A stretch of DNA of 64,000 nucleotides from an uncultured Verrucomicrobiota bacterium (GTDB lineage: Bacteria > Verrucomicrobiota > Kiritimatiellia > Kiritimatiellales > Tichowtungiaceae), in assembly GCA_903831085.1 (NCBI GenBank), contig CAIKWE010000003.1, forward strand, positions 23,468 to 87,467, read 5' to 3'. The stretch's first letter is position 1. The number at the start of each line of letters is the position of its first letter. A program made the translations under genes and the position numbers. A model generated the notes under the pieces. The model did no database searches and was not told the DNA's origin. It saw only the letters and a list, made by a program, of their open reading frames with translations. Of this stretch, positions 8,879 through 20,457 are shown in pieces.

Positions 8879-9619
8879 ATGATTGTTAAAACGTCAGCGA
8901 TTCCGCTTTATTGGACAGATGTCTCGAACACCTCGCGCATCGTCACCTGGCTGACGGCGCATTATGGGAAACTCTCAACCACCATCAAAGGCGACCAGCG
9001 CAAAAACAGCCTCTTTCGCGGACAGTACGATTTGTTCTCTACCAGCGAACTGCTCTTCTACGACCGCACCGAACGAGGCACGCACATCGCCAAAGAATGC
9101 TCCATGCTCCACCAGCGAACCGTTTTCCGCACCGACTGGCGCGCCTGTACCAGCGCCGGTTACATCGCCGCCCTTTTCGCCCGCACCACGCCGCGCCACG
9201 GCCACGAACCGGGCCGTTTCGAATTTTTTGAGGAGATGCTCGGTCACGCCGAAGAATACGGACGGCATCCCGCTTTTCTCGTCTGGTTCGATCTGAAGTT
9301 TGCGGAATTTCAAGGTCAGCTTCTGCAACTCAACGACACCGAGCGCAAAGTCTACCGATTTTCTGCCGAGCATGGCGGCGTCATTCAGCCGGACTATGCC
9401 CGCTCGCAGCGCATTGCCGCCGCGCCGCTTGCCCCTGAGTCGGTTGCGCTACTCAAGGCGTGGCAGCAGGCGGAAACACCCGAAGACGTTCTGGCAACCG
9501 GTTGCCATCCGGCGCACATGGCACAGATTGAGCGCGTGATGGAAAAATTTGTGACCTACCAGTTCGACCTGCCGCCGCATGTGCGCCGCACCGCTGTCGG
9601 AACCCTCCGCGCCGCCTGA
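8879..9619 (+). CDS. recO: DNA repair protein RecO
   Basis: SRIVTWLTAHYGKLSTTIKG OB-fold start, recO-like length and helical C-terminus. Confidence 0.85.
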   Translation: MIVKTSAIPLYWTDVSNTSRIVTWLTAHYGKLSTTIKGDQRKNSLFRGQYDLFSTSELLFYDRTERGTHIAKECSMLHQRTVFRTDWRACTSAGYIAALFARTTPRHGHEPGRFEFFEEMLGHAEEYGRHPAFLVWFDLKFAEFQGQLLQLNDTERKVYRFSAEHGGVIQPDYARSQRIAAAPLAPESVALLKAWQQAETPEDVLATGCHPAHMAQIERVMEKFVTYQFDLPPHVRRTAVGTLRAA

Positions 9620-9640
9620 TTTTCCAATGACTGAAAACGT

Positions 9641-10708
<1,068 letters not shown>

Positions 10709-10791
10709 TTCGGCAACTCCTTCTGGATTAAATGAATGAAAGAGAGTAAATCAGAGAGCAATTGGATACGCATTAAAAAAGGGATGGAAAT

Positions 10792-11862
10792 ATGCAGTTT
10801 CGCCACATTCTGATTACCGGAGGCGCGGGCTTTGCCGGATCTTCGCTCGCGACGCTGTTCAAAGAGCACTTTGAAGGCGTTAAGGTCACGGCGCTCGACA
10901 GCCTGATGCGACGCGGAAGCGAGCTGAACCTGGCGTACCTGAGGGAATACGGCGTGGATTTTGTACACGGTGACGTGCGTTGCCGCGATGATTTCCAAAC
11001 CTTGGAAAAATTTGATCTGCTGATCGACTGCTCCGCTGAGCCGTCCGTGCATGCGGGCACCTCCGGCTCACCGCGCAAGGTGATTGATATCAACCTGAGC
11101 GGCACGGTCAATTGTCTGGAAGCGGCGCGCGAAAACGGTGCCGCCGTGCTGTTTCTGAGCACCAGCCGGGTCTATCCGATTGAGCCGATCCGGAATCTGA
11201 AATACACAGAAACAAAAACCCGCTTCGAGCTGGATGCCAAACAATCCCTGCCCGGCGTCTCGGCCAAGGGAGTCAGCGAAGATTTTCCGCTGGACGGCGC
11301 ACGATCGTTTTACGGCTCCACCAAACTGGCGAGCGAATATTTTCTGCAGGAGTACGTTTATAACTGCGGCATGCGCGGACTGATCAACCGTTGCGGACTG
11401 CTGACCGGCCCGCGCCAGATGGGCCGGGTGGATCAAGGCGTGATCACGCTTTGGCTGGCGCGGCATATTTATCAGAAGCCGCTGAAATACATCGGTTTCG
11501 GCGGAACCGGCAAACAGGTGCGCGACTTGCTACATATCCGCGACCTTTTCGACCTGATTGTGAAACAGATCGCGCAGCCGGATTGCTGGAACGGCGGCGT
11601 TTTCAACGCCGGCGGCGGACGCGAGGTGTCCGTTTCGCTTCAGGAGCTGACCGCTTTCTGCCAGACCATCACCGGAAAGAAAATTTCCGTAACTCCGCAG
11701 CCGGAAACCGCGGCGGTGGATATCCCGATTTATCTGACGGACAATACACGGGTTGAAAAGCAGTTCGACTGGAAACCGCGCACCGGCGTGGAGGAGACCC
11801 TGGGGGATATCGCCAACTGGATTGAGGAAAACAAAGCCGGACTGGAATCTGTTTTTGGTTAA
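10792..11862 (+). CDS. Second RfbE/Tyv-like NAD-dependent epimerase
   Basis: ILITGGAGFAG, RRGSELNL, AEPSV, YGSTK (YxxxK), GKQVRDLLH. Confidence 0.8.
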   Translation: MQFRHILITGGAGFAGSSLATLFKEHFEGVKVTALDSLMRRGSELNLAYLREYGVDFVHGDVRCRDDFQTLEKFDLLIDCSAEPSVHAGTSGSPRKVIDINLSGTVNCLEAARENGAAVLFLSTSRVYPIEPIRNLKYTETKTRFELDAKQSLPGVSAKGVSEDFPLDGARSFYGSTKLASEYFLQEYVYNCGMRGLINRCGLLTGPRQMGRVDQGVITLWLARHIYQKPLKYIGFGGTGKQVRDLLHIRDLFDLIVKQIAQPDCWNGGVFNAGGGREVSVSLQELTAFCQTITGKKISVTPQPETAAVDIPIYLTDNTRVEKQFDWKPRTGVEETLGDIANWIEENKAGLESVFG

Positions 11863-11875
11863 CCGCAGGAGCCGT

Positions 11876-12625
11876 ATGAACAACTCTCCGTTCTTTTCAA
11901 TGATTATCCCCGCTCACAATGAAGAGGGGTGTATCGCCGAGACCTGCGAGGCGATTGCCGCACGGTTTATGCAGGAAAAAATTGATGACTACGAAATTCT
12001 GGTCGTCAACGACAACAGCCGCGACCGGACGGAAGAGATTCTGAAAAAGCTGGCCGCGGAGAATCCGCACATCCGCTATGTCAACAACGCCCCGCCGAAC
12101 GGATTCGGGTTCGCCGTGCGCAAAGGTCTTCAGGAATTCCGCGGCGAATGCGCCTGCGTGGTGATGGGCGATCTCTCAGACCATCCTGACGATATCGTCG
12201 TTTACTACCGCGAAATGAAAAAAGGCGCCGAGTGTGTTTTCGGATCGCGGTTCATCAAGGGATCAAAGATCATTGATTATCCGAAACACAAAATGATGCT
12301 GAATCGGATGGCGAACGGTTTTATTAAAATGATTTTCCGACTTGGCCACAACGACATCACCAACGCCTTCAAGTGCTACCGGCGTGAAGTGATTGAAGGC
12401 ATTCAGCCTCTGCTCTCTCCCCATTTCAACCTCACGGTGGAAATGCCGCTGAAGGCGATTGTCCGCGGTTACCGTTTTGTGACCGTTCCGATTTCTTGGA
12501 CCAACCGCAAGGCGGGCGAGTCGAAACTGAAGATTAAAGAAATGGGCAGCCGCTATCTCTTCATCGTGCTCTACTGCTGGCTGGAAAAGCGGCTGGCCCG
12601 CGGCGATTATGTGCGACGCGGCTGA
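11876..12625 (+). CDS. GT2, polyprenol-phosphate glycosyltransferase (DPM1-like)
   Basis: Start reassigned to ATG 11876 (AGGAG upstream); IPAHNEEG, VNDNSRD, GFGFAVRKG, VFGSRF, DITNAFK, RKAGESK. Confidence 0.85.
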   Translation: MNNSPFFSMIIPAHNEEGCIAETCEAIAARFMQEKIDDYEILVVNDNSRDRTEEILKKLAAENPHIRYVNNAPPNGFGFAVRKGLQEFRGECACVVMGDLSDHPDDIVVYYREMKKGAECVFGSRFIKGSKIIDYPKHKMMLNRMANGFIKMIFRLGHNDITNAFKCYRREVIEGIQPLLSPHFNLTVEMPLKAIVRGYRFVTVPISWTNRKAGESKLKIKEMGSRYLFIVLYCWLEKRLARGDYVRRG

Positions 12626-15021
12626 TTTTTCAACGACAGCGCAACGCCCCATGCGATACAGATTAATCCGCCCCAGACCAACCAAAGGCTGCGGGCCAGA
12701 ATCCGGTCAGACCAAACGCTGACGGTGCTTTTTTCGCGCGGAGCGTGAAAGGCAAACCAGGCCACCGGATCATAATCCTCAGCCTCAATCACCAGATTCG
12801 CCTTACCCGGACATTTCATCGTTAACGGATTCCAGAGAATATCCGGCTCGACCAATCCTTTCGCCGAACTCTTTTCCCCGGACACTTCATCCATCACACT
12901 CAACCGGGTCTCAAAACCGCTGCCCAGCCGGTTGAGAACGGGAAATTCGAGCCAGGGATAAACCGGCGTTTGCATTATCCGGGCGCGTAATCTGCCGACG
13001 GTGCGATCGCCCTCCCGTCCGTAGGAGCCCCATGAGGGCTCGAACAAATCGATCTGAAGGGCGGGGTAAATCCCCGGAGAAACAAAACCGGTTTGCGCTT
13101 CGATTTTCAGAGGAAGCGGAGGCCGTACAGACGCCGGAAGAATCGCGCGGATCCGGTCGCTACGCAAGTAACAGAGCAAAGCCAGCGGATCGGGATATGG
13201 AAGCTCCCCTTCCTTTTTATCGAGCAAAGAAAAGATTTCAGGATTCTGCTGAAATTGAATCGTGGTGCGAATCGCACGATGCTGGCACGCAATGCGCTGC
13301 GCCGCAGGCACAGACAGTTGATACAGCGTGATCGCCATCACGCCGTAAACCATCAGCGCCGCCCAAACAGCGGCGAACCGGCGGGTGTATTTCTGCCAAA
13401 GGCCGTCCGGTCTGCTAAGCATCCAGAGAAGCGCCAGCGCGTTCACCAGCGCCGCCAGTGAGGTAATATCCATGTAGCGCGAGGCGGGGCCGCCGGAAAA
13501 TCCACCGCGATAAAGACCCATGCCGGCCGCATTGAGCAGACACCAGCCGCCCAGCGCGATAATCCAAAGCTCCATCCGGTCCGGCTTGCGCCGCGAAAGG
13601 AAGGCTGAGACCGCCAGTCCGCCCAGCGGAAGCCACAGCAGAGGCCAAAACCACTGTTGCGTAATAAACGGCCACGACAGGGTTTTGCCGAAGGTCGCCA
13701 GAAACTGCTGAACGTTTTTGGTCTGCATACCGTAGTTGTGCTGCTGGATCATGAACGGATAATTGAGCGCGGCAATCGCCGCTCCGGCCAGCAGAGTCGG
13801 CACAACGGCTCGCCAGTCACGCGGGTCGCGCAACAACCGATAGACGGAAAGACCGATCACCGTCACTACCGCCATCATGCCGGAACCGACGGTGAACATC
13901 GCCCAAAAGGCGACGGCGCAGCCCATCCACCAACGGGCGGAAAACGGACGACTGAGACCCAGCAGCCAGAAGGTCAAAAACGAGAACCCGGCGAAGAAAT
14001 AGAATTGCGACTGGTTGGCCCAGACCGTGTTCTCCCACGAAAAAGGAAGTGCACAGAAAGCAACCGTCAGGCCTCCGATCAACGCGGCGTGACGCCGCCC
14101 GGCGGAACACCACAGCGCCAGCATCAGACCAAAACAGGATAAAGAAAAAAACAGAGAGTTTAATGCCGCTTCATAGGTGTTGTCCCACTGGCCGTTCAGC
14201 CGGAAACTGAAAAGTGAAAAGACGCGGGTAAAGAAAATGCGGTGTTCATTGACCGGTGCGAAAAGCGATTTCCAGGAAAGGGTTCCGTCTTCGAAAGGAA
14301 AATAAACCGTCCAGGGAAACTGCCAGTAGTCCCAGAACGGCGAGGAAAATCCGAAATGACGGATTGTCAGCCAGCGCAGGCCGACCAGCAGAAGAAAGCA
14401 TCCGCCGAAAAGCCAGCGTTCGCCAGTACGGGCCGATTTCAGAACCTTCACAAGAACCAGCGCCAACCCAGCGGCGCAAAGACCGAGAAGGCTCCAAAGA
14501 ATCCACATGCCAACGGCGGTCACACGGGGCAGTTCGTCTACCGCCGTATCCAGCGGGCCGGGTGTTTTCAGCAGCAGCGCTGGATAATCTTCGGCACCCG
14601 TCCGTGAAATAGTCAACACTTCTCCTTCGACCTGCGGAGCAGAGCGCGGATTCATCGAATCCCAGTTCGTGGCAGTAACCGGAGTCAGTTTTCCGGAACT
14701 GCTACGGAACTGCACATTCCGTAACCGGATGGTTCCGGTGCGGTCGGGTAGCGGGTCGAGGCGGATGTTTAGAAGCGGGTCTGCGCCGACAGAAAGAGGA
14801 ATCTCGAACGGTTTAAATTCTGTACCAGCGGGCCATAGGAACCGGGAGGTTCGCACACCGTCGGCGACCACCTGCGCCTCAATCCGGCCGGACGCCTGCA
14901 CTTCGCCGATCAAGGCGGGTGGAACATGCGTCTTCACGGGCTTGTCCAGGAAGTTAGCCTTGTACACCCATCCGACACTGAGAATTAAAAACAAAGCAGA
15001 TAAAGCCGCTCTAGTTTTCAT
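12607..15021 (-). CDS. Large multi-pass membrane protein, probable GT-C glycosyltransferase with soluble N- and C-terminal domains
   Basis: About 11-13 hydrophobic segments; first-loop WDYWQ and NEHRIFF motifs; long C-terminal soluble domain. Confidence 0.55.
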   Translation of the reverse strand: MKTRAALSALFLILSVGWVYKANFLDKPVKTHVPPALIGEVQASGRIEAQVVADGVRTSRFLWPAGTEFKPFEIPLSVGADPLLNIRLDPLPDRTGTIRLRNVQFRSSSGKLTPVTATNWDSMNPRSAPQVEGEVLTISRTGAEDYPALLLKTPGPLDTAVDELPRVTAVGMWILWSLLGLCAAGLALVLVKVLKSARTGERWLFGGCFLLLVGLRWLTIRHFGFSSPFWDYWQFPWTVYFPFEDGTLSWKSLFAPVNEHRIFFTRVFSLFSFRLNGQWDNTYEAALNSLFFSLSCFGLMLALWCSAGRRHAALIGGLTVAFCALPFSWENTVWANQSQFYFFAGFSFLTFWLLGLSRPFSARWWMGCAVAFWAMFTVGSGMMAVVTVIGLSVYRLLRDPRDWRAVVPTLLAGAAIAALNYPFMIQQHNYGMQTKNVQQFLATFGKTLSWPFITQQWFWPLLWLPLGGLAVSAFLSRRKPDRMELWIIALGGWCLLNAAGMGLYRGGFSGGPASRYMDITSLAALVNALALLWMLSRPDGLWQKYTRRFAAVWAALMVYGVMAITLYQLSVPAAQRIACQHRAIRTTIQFQQNPEIFSLLDKKEGELPYPDPLALLCYLRSDRIRAILPASVRPPLPLKIEAQTGFVSPGIYPALQIDLFEPSWGSYGREGDRTVGRLRARIMQTPVYPWLEFPVLNRLGSGFETRLSVMDEVSGEKSSAKGLVEPDILWNPLTMKCPGKANLVIEAEDYDPVAWFAFHAPREKSTVSVWSDRILARSLWLVWGGLICIAWGVALSLKNQPRRT

Positions 15022-16999
15022 TTATTTTCCCTTCGGCTTGCGCAGGCTTCCAGCGGATATCGAAAACAAAGAGTGGATCGCCGGACGGGCTGGTGAATGG
15101 AATTTTATTTTCCCCGGGTTGGAGCGTCTGCGGTATCGTCCATGCCCTGATCCGGCCAGATGCGAAAACCGTGTTCACTCCGTTCACCGAAACGGTCTTG
15201 GGGTGCTGCGCCGTTACTGCGGAGATTTCGACTGATCCACTCAACGGAATCTCTTTCAGATTATAGAGTTTTACTGATGCCGTCTGGTTGAAGGTGCGAT
15301 AGTCCTCAAACCGGCCCTGCTGCCAGCCGGGTTTGGCATAGCCCCACCCTGCGCCGTAAAGGCGGAGGACGTCGCGTCCCTGTTGACGGGCGGCGGCAAT
15401 CAGATCTTCGGTCGTGTTGTAGAAAATCCGCACAACGACCCGATTGGTATTGGCTGCGGAAAAGTCATCCCCCGGTATCACTTTCATGCGGCGCAGAACC
15501 ATGCCGGCATCATTGGAGACAGAGGCAACGCGGGCAAAATAATGCTGAGGAAACGTCCACGAACCAAGCTGTTTTTCATAACGGCCGCGGCAGAGTTCGA
15601 GAAAGGCGGCATCCGGATATTTTTCAAAGAACTGCTCAACCGTCGCGGGCCAGTTAAACTGGCGATAAGTGTCGACCGGTTCGTCGGGAACAGTAAAGGT
15701 GTAATTAATGCCGCCGGGATTATGCACGGCCAGCTCGTTCCACGGCTCGAACCAGCGGTCGGTCAGCACGGGCGTTCCGGCGGGCAGATTCTGCAGAACC
15801 CAATTATTGATTTTATAAAACGGCGTCGGCTTGCCTTCGAGATGAACAATGGCCCAGTCCGGCAATGCAGTGAGTGCGATATACCCGCCGGCCAGCAATA
15901 CAACCAAACCTGTTCGCCATGGTTTCAGGGTCAACGCCTGAACCCCCAGATAAGAGCCAATCCCCATCAGCAGAATAAAGTGCGGCCAAATCGCCGAGAA
16001 GTAGGCGATTTTCGCGGCTCCGCCGCCGATGAACCCGACATAGAGCATGAGAACCGCGATGTGCAACGCACAAATCCACACCAGCGAGCGGAAGCGGCGA
16101 ATCGCGTCCGATGTTCGGAACAGAGCAAAGACCGCCAGCCCGACGAAAATCAGAAGCAACACGACGGCAAACATATTTTCACCGGCGAAGTAGGCCGGAA
16201 GAAGCCGTATAAATTCCGCTCGGGCATCTGTTCCAAGTTGCTTCGCACCGCTCTGGGAAAAATCCAAGGTCATTTTAACGGCCCGGAATACCCAGCGTCC
16301 CATCACCGCACCCAGCAACAATCCGCCGACAGAGAATTGCAGCAGGAACCGGTTCCGGTCTGCTCCTTTTAATCTGAGTCCGAAAATCAGAAGCAGAAGT
16401 CCTTGAAGACCGGCAACAACCCAGACAGACATGTGCATATGACAGGCCGCGACAGCGGCCAGAAACCACAGCCCCAACTGTTTTTTCGTCGGTGCTTCAT
16501 TTCGCTGCAACGTTTCTTTGATCGACCAGAAGGCCAGAAAAAGAGCCGCCGACCAGCAGACCGCGCCGGAATAGTGATAGGCCTCGCGTGAGAAATAAAT
16601 CTGGTATGGATTAAAAACTGCCAACAACAAGGTCAGCAGAGCCGCGCCAGCGCCGAACCAGCGGCGGGCAAATCGCCAGACAAAGAAAAGTGCCAAAACA
16701 CCCATGAGCGCAAACGGCAGGCACACCACAAACGGCGTCGGTGGCAATCCGGCTTTGACCAGCAAGAGGCTTAGTGTTTCGTTAAGTGGAATCTGGTTCA
16801 TCCACGGCGGATTTCTCCAGAACTCCACGATGTTCTGATTCCTCAGGGCCAGTTTATAAAATTCCATGGTATCGCTACGGAACGGCGCGGCCCCCAACAT
16901 CCAGAAGCGGAAAAAAACTCCGGTCAGGAACAGACAGAGAATCGACAGGAGACCAGCTCCGGAGGCAAAGGTCAGTTTGCGGCGTGTGATCATTTTCAT
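15011..16999 (-). CDS. GT-C (PMT_2/ArnT-like) membrane glycosyltransferase
   Basis: First-loop RSDTMEF, NPYQIYFSREAYHY motif, multiple TM helices, periplasmic C-terminal domain. Confidence 0.7.
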   Translation of the reverse strand: MKMITRRKLTFASGAGLLSILCLFLTGVFFRFWMLGAAPFRSDTMEFYKLALRNQNIVEFWRNPPWMNQIPLNETLSLLLVKAGLPPTPFVVCLPFALMGVLALFFVWRFARRWFGAGAALLTLLLAVFNPYQIYFSREAYHYSGAVCWSAALFLAFWSIKETLQRNEAPTKKQLGLWFLAAVAACHMHMSVWVVAGLQGLLLLIFGLRLKGADRNRFLLQFSVGGLLLGAVMGRWVFRAVKMTLDFSQSGAKQLGTDARAEFIRLLPAYFAGENMFAVVLLLIFVGLAVFALFRTSDAIRRFRSLVWICALHIAVLMLYVGFIGGGAAKIAYFSAIWPHFILLMGIGSYLGVQALTLKPWRTGLVVLLAGGYIALTALPDWAIVHLEGKPTPFYKINNWVLQNLPAGTPVLTDRWFEPWNELAVHNPGGINYTFTVPDEPVDTYRQFNWPATVEQFFEKYPDAAFLELCRGRYEKQLGSWTFPQHYFARVASVSNDAGMVLRRMKVIPGDDFSAANTNRVVVRIFYNTTEDLIAAARQQGRDVLRLYGAGWGYAKPGWQQGRFEDYRTFNQTASVKLYNLKEIPLSGSVEISAVTAQHPKTVSVNGVNTVFASGRIRAWTIPQTLQPGENKIPFTSPSGDPLFVFDIRWKPAQAEGKINEN

Positions 17000-17054
17000 T
17001 CCTTCGTATTCTTCTTTGCGGTCAAGACGTGCCCACCGGGCAACGCCAAACGGT

Positions 17055-17924
17055 CTATCTGATTTTCACCATTTCGTAAACCCTTATGCTGCGCGGCGCA
17101 CAGGCCGCTACCAGCATACCAACCGGCATCATGGCCAGGAATAAAAGGTGATGGTATTTTCCCGCCAGTACTGTGGCAAGACTGGCCGCCAGCAAATTCG
17201 GGAAATAGGCCGGACGCTCCGTCGCCACCCGCAAACCATGAGCGCGCCCGATTCGATCCAGCGCGGCCCGATCCGGAAAACAAATATGTCGCGGGGCATC
17301 GAGCCCGTGCCAATGCCGGCCAAAAAGGCGCGCTTCCCACGAGCGGATATCCGGCAAGGCCAGATGAATGCGCCCATCGGGACTCAGCAATGCGGACATG
17401 AGCTGGATCGAACCCTCTATATCGGTTACATGTTCCAGCACAAAATGCGCTGTGATCCGATCCACAGAGCCGGCGTGATCCTTTATAAGCTGTGTTGAAT
17501 CCGAATAAACGGGCAACGCCAGACGATCGGCCAGAATCGCCGCATGCGCGGCATCCGGCTCAAACCCCAAAAGCCGCCCCACCCGGCTTCGCCATTGCGA
17601 AAGATAGGATCCATCCCCGCAGCCGTAATCCAGCAGTGTCCAGTCACGGGCGGTCTGCGGCGGCTGGAAATAAGGACTGCGCAATACCGTCCGGCGCGCC
17701 AATTCGAGCAGACTCGAGCGTGGCTTGTGTTGCGGATATTGAGGATAAAACGGCGCAATGTCGGCTGGCACGGGCGCCTGTTGCACGAGCTTACAGTTCG
17801 GGCATTCATAATAGGTAACCCGAAAGGGCGTCCCTAGATACTCATCTGGACAATCTGTCAGCCAAGGCGCATCCAGAGGGGTCTTACACAACAGACAACT
17901 CAATTTTGACAAAGTCGATTCCAC
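17055..17924 (-). CDS. Class I SAM-dependent methyltransferase with N-terminal Cys cluster
   Basis: CLLC..CPNC; LLDYGCGDG; HFVLEHV; DAPRH. Confidence 0.8.
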   Translation of the reverse strand: MESTLSKLSCLLCKTPLDAPWLTDCPDEYLGTPFRVTYYECPNCKLVQQAPVPADIAPFYPQYPQHKPRSSLLELARRTVLRSPYFQPPQTARDWTLLDYGCGDGSYLSQWRSRVGRLLGFEPDAAHAAILADRLALPVYSDSTQLIKDHAGSVDRITAHFVLEHVTDIEGSIQLMSALLSPDGRIHLALPDIRSWEARLFGRHWHGLDAPRHICFPDRAALDRIGRAHGLRVATERPAYFPNLLAASLATVLAGKYHHLLFLAMMPVGMLVAACAPRSIRVYEMVKIR

Positions 17925-17931
17925 CGCATAC

Positions 17932-18546
17932 TCACTTTTTTAATTCAAGTCCGCCGGGGCGGTTTTCCAGTCTGAAAACTGTCATGTTGAAAATATAGTA
18001 ATCACCCGGAACGCGCCACGGGATAGGATGCCGGTACTGCCGGGCCAGCGTCAGTTGATGCTTCAGAGCCATTTGGTTAATTAATTCTTTATCAACGAAA
18101 GTTTTGTGGGTTGGATCACTCTCATAACCCCGCCGGTTTGGAACGATAACAAGCAGAACGCCGCCCGGCGCCCAGTATCGTTTTACGTTTGAAAAAAAGG
18201 CGTCAATTTCATCCGGAGACAGATGTTCCAGCACGTTGTCGCAAATCAGATTCGGCGCGGGCGGATAATCGGCTTTCGGACGGACAATATCTTCTAAGGT
18301 GACCGCGAGACCTTTCTTCAGACACCGCTCGACTAATTGTGGATTACTGTCAAATCCCTTTGCCGGAAGATTCTTCCGCTTGCAGTATTCCAGAAAAGCA
18401 CCCAATCCGCAGCCGATGTCATAAATAGGCCCGGAAGAAAACTCGGCCGCACAGCGGGGATAAATAAAATGTGTCAGATAAAAATCACGCCCGGGGCGGT
18501 ATTTTGTCTCCAGAAAATCAACGTATGCTTCTTCAGTGGTTTGCAT
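17932..18546 (-). CDS. Class I SAM-dependent methyltransferase
   Basis: IYDIGCGLG, NVLEHL, DPTHKTF. Confidence 0.8.
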   Translation of the reverse strand: MQTTEEAYVDFLETKYRPGRDFYLTHFIYPRCAAEFSSGPIYDIGCGLGAFLEYCKRKNLPAKGFDSNPQLVERCLKKGLAVTLEDIVRPKADYPPAPNLICDNVLEHLSPDEIDAFFSNVKRYWAPGGVLLVIVPNRRGYESDPTHKTFVDKELINQMALKHQLTLARQYRHPIPWRVPGDYYIFNMTVFRLENRPGGLELKK

Positions 18547-19375
18547 GGCACACCCTGCGGTAAATCAGATGGCGAAGCAAGGCCCCCGCCTTGGCTTTGC
18601 AACTTCCGACGAAGCAATCAGAAGAGGAAACTGCCGAATCGCCGGATTGCGCCGTTTCATAAATTAGCCCCGCAAATTGCCGGCTTTGTTTTTTCGCCAG
18701 CTGAAAACTCCAGCTCTGCGCAGAGATCCGGAAGTCGCACAGCGGTTCAGCCAGATAAAAGCAGTCCCCGCGCTTGAGCAGTTGAAACCAGAAATCCAAA
18801 TCGATGACGTACGGATAACGGGCGCTGAATCCATTCAGTGTATTCCAGTCCGAAGCGCGGAACAGCGCTGAGCCGGGCTCGCCGATCAGGTTAGTTCCCG
18901 ATCTGACGATCTGCCGAATGGCCTTGCTACCCTCAACCATTTGATCCCGTTTCTTCCAACAACGAGTGAGAATGGTCTTCCCCGATGGATTTACGATCCG
19001 TCGCGCAGCAGTAACCAGCGAAACAGACTCATTGCCGGACTGTTCAAAAACAGCCACCTGCCGGGCGAGGCAGTCGGGATGAAGTCTGTCGTCATGACAA
19101 AGCAGTTTGCGGTAAATCCCCCGCCCCTCATTCACGCAACGGTTCCAGTTACCCTCCGCGCCCAGCCGTTTCGGATTGAGCAGGTAACGAATGCGCGGAT
19201 CGGAATACGAAGAGACGATTTCCGCAGACCCGTCCGTAGAGCCGTCGTCGGTAATCACCAACTCCCAGTTGGTCAGAGTCTGAGACAGCACCGACTCGAT
19301 GGCCTCGCGAATATAAAGACCGCTGTTGTAGAGAGGAATGCAGACTGAAACAAGTGGCGTGTCGACCTGGCTCAT
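18533..19375 (-). CDS. GT2 family glycosyltransferase (soluble)
   Basis: VSVCIPLYN, ITDDGSTD, LCHDDRL, IGEPGS. Confidence 0.85.
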   Translation of the reverse strand: MSQVDTPLVSVCIPLYNSGLYIREAIESVLSQTLTNWELVITDDGSTDGSAEIVSSYSDPRIRYLLNPKRLGAEGNWNRCVNEGRGIYRKLLCHDDRLHPDCLARQVAVFEQSGNESVSLVTAARRIVNPSGKTILTRCWKKRDQMVEGSKAIRQIVRSGTNLIGEPGSALFRASDWNTLNGFSARYPYVIDLDFWFQLLKRGDCFYLAEPLCDFRISAQSWSFQLAKKQSRQFAGLIYETAQSGDSAVSSSDCFVGSCKAKAGALLRHLIYRRVCHANH

Positions 19376-20439
19376 ACATCTCCCGGCAAACCGGTTTCGA
19401 ACCGCTTAATCTGGCGAAGGGTTTCGACTTTCATATCCGCGCCCGCCAGCTGCGCCTTCCACCAGGCGACGGTCTGCTCCAACGCAATATCCAGCGTCCA
19501 TTGCGGATGCCAGCCGAGCGCAGAGCGGACCCGCGAAGAGTCGAGAAAGAGAAAGGCTGTTTCGTGCGGATGCTGACCCTTCGCGCATTCCCACGCAGCG
19601 TCACCGTCCCACAGGACAATCAGCTTTTCCAGCAACTGCTGCACTGAGACATGACTTTCTTCATCGGGCCCGAAATTCCAGGCGGATGCATACGCACCCG
19701 GATTTTCCGCCAGTTTTTGCGCCAGCATCAGGTATCCGTAAAGCGGATCCAGCGCATGCTGCCAGGGGCGTATCGCCTGCGGCGAACGGATGAGAGGCTT
19801 CTTTCCAGCGGCCAGCGCATTGAGCACGTCGGGCAACAGCCTGTCACGAGCGCGGTCGCCGCCGCCGATGACGTTACCGGCGCGTGCGGTTGCCACAGGC
19901 GGACAGTCAGCGAATGAATGACGGTAAGATGCCACCGCCAGTTCGGTGCAGGCTTTGCTGGCGGCATAAGGATCATGTCCGCCCAGCCGGTCGTTTTCCG
20001 TATAGCCACGGCGCAGTTCGCGATTTTCATACACCTTGTCCGTGGTGACCGCCACCACAGAGGAAACGCCGCCCGCATGGCGCAAGGTTTCGAGCAGATT
20101 CACGGTGCCCATGACATTAACTGCAAAGGTTTCAACCGGCTGTTCATAGGAGACGCGCACCAACGGCTGTGCGGCCAGATGGAAAACCACTTCGGGACGA
20201 GTGGCTTCCACGACGCGACCAAGCGCGGAAAGATCGCGCACATCGCCGATCACCGACTGCATGCCAGATGTGACATCTGCATCGGCAAAGAGACTTCCGG
20301 CGGCATCCGGCTCCAGTGCGTAACCAGTCACCTGCGCGCCGAGCTGCTGAAGCCACAAACACAGCCAGCTGCCTTTGAAGCCGGTATGTCCGGTCACCAG
20401 CACTCGCCGGTTTTTCCAAAATGAACGGTTCATTTCCAT
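19372..20439 (-). CDS. rfbG: CDP-glucose 4,6-dehydratase
   Basis: FWKNRRVLVTGHTGFKGSWL, HLAAQPLVR, TTDKVYEN, DPYAASK, RPWQH, WNFGP. Confidence 0.93.
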   Translation of the reverse strand: MEMNRSFWKNRRVLVTGHTGFKGSWLCLWLQQLGAQVTGYALEPDAAGSLFADADVTSGMQSVIGDVRDLSALGRVVEATRPEVVFHLAAQPLVRVSYEQPVETFAVNVMGTVNLLETLRHAGGVSSVVAVTTDKVYENRELRRGYTENDRLGGHDPYAASKACTELAVASYRHSFADCPPVATARAGNVIGGGDRARDRLLPDVLNALAAGKKPLIRSPQAIRPWQHALDPLYGYLMLAQKLAENPGAYASAWNFGPDEESHVSVQQLLEKLIVLWDGDAAWECAKGQHPHETAFLFLDSSRVRSALGWHPQWTLDIALEQTVAWWKAQLAGADMKVETLRQIKRFETGLPGDV

Positions 20440-20457
20440 AGCATCCTCGACACCCGT

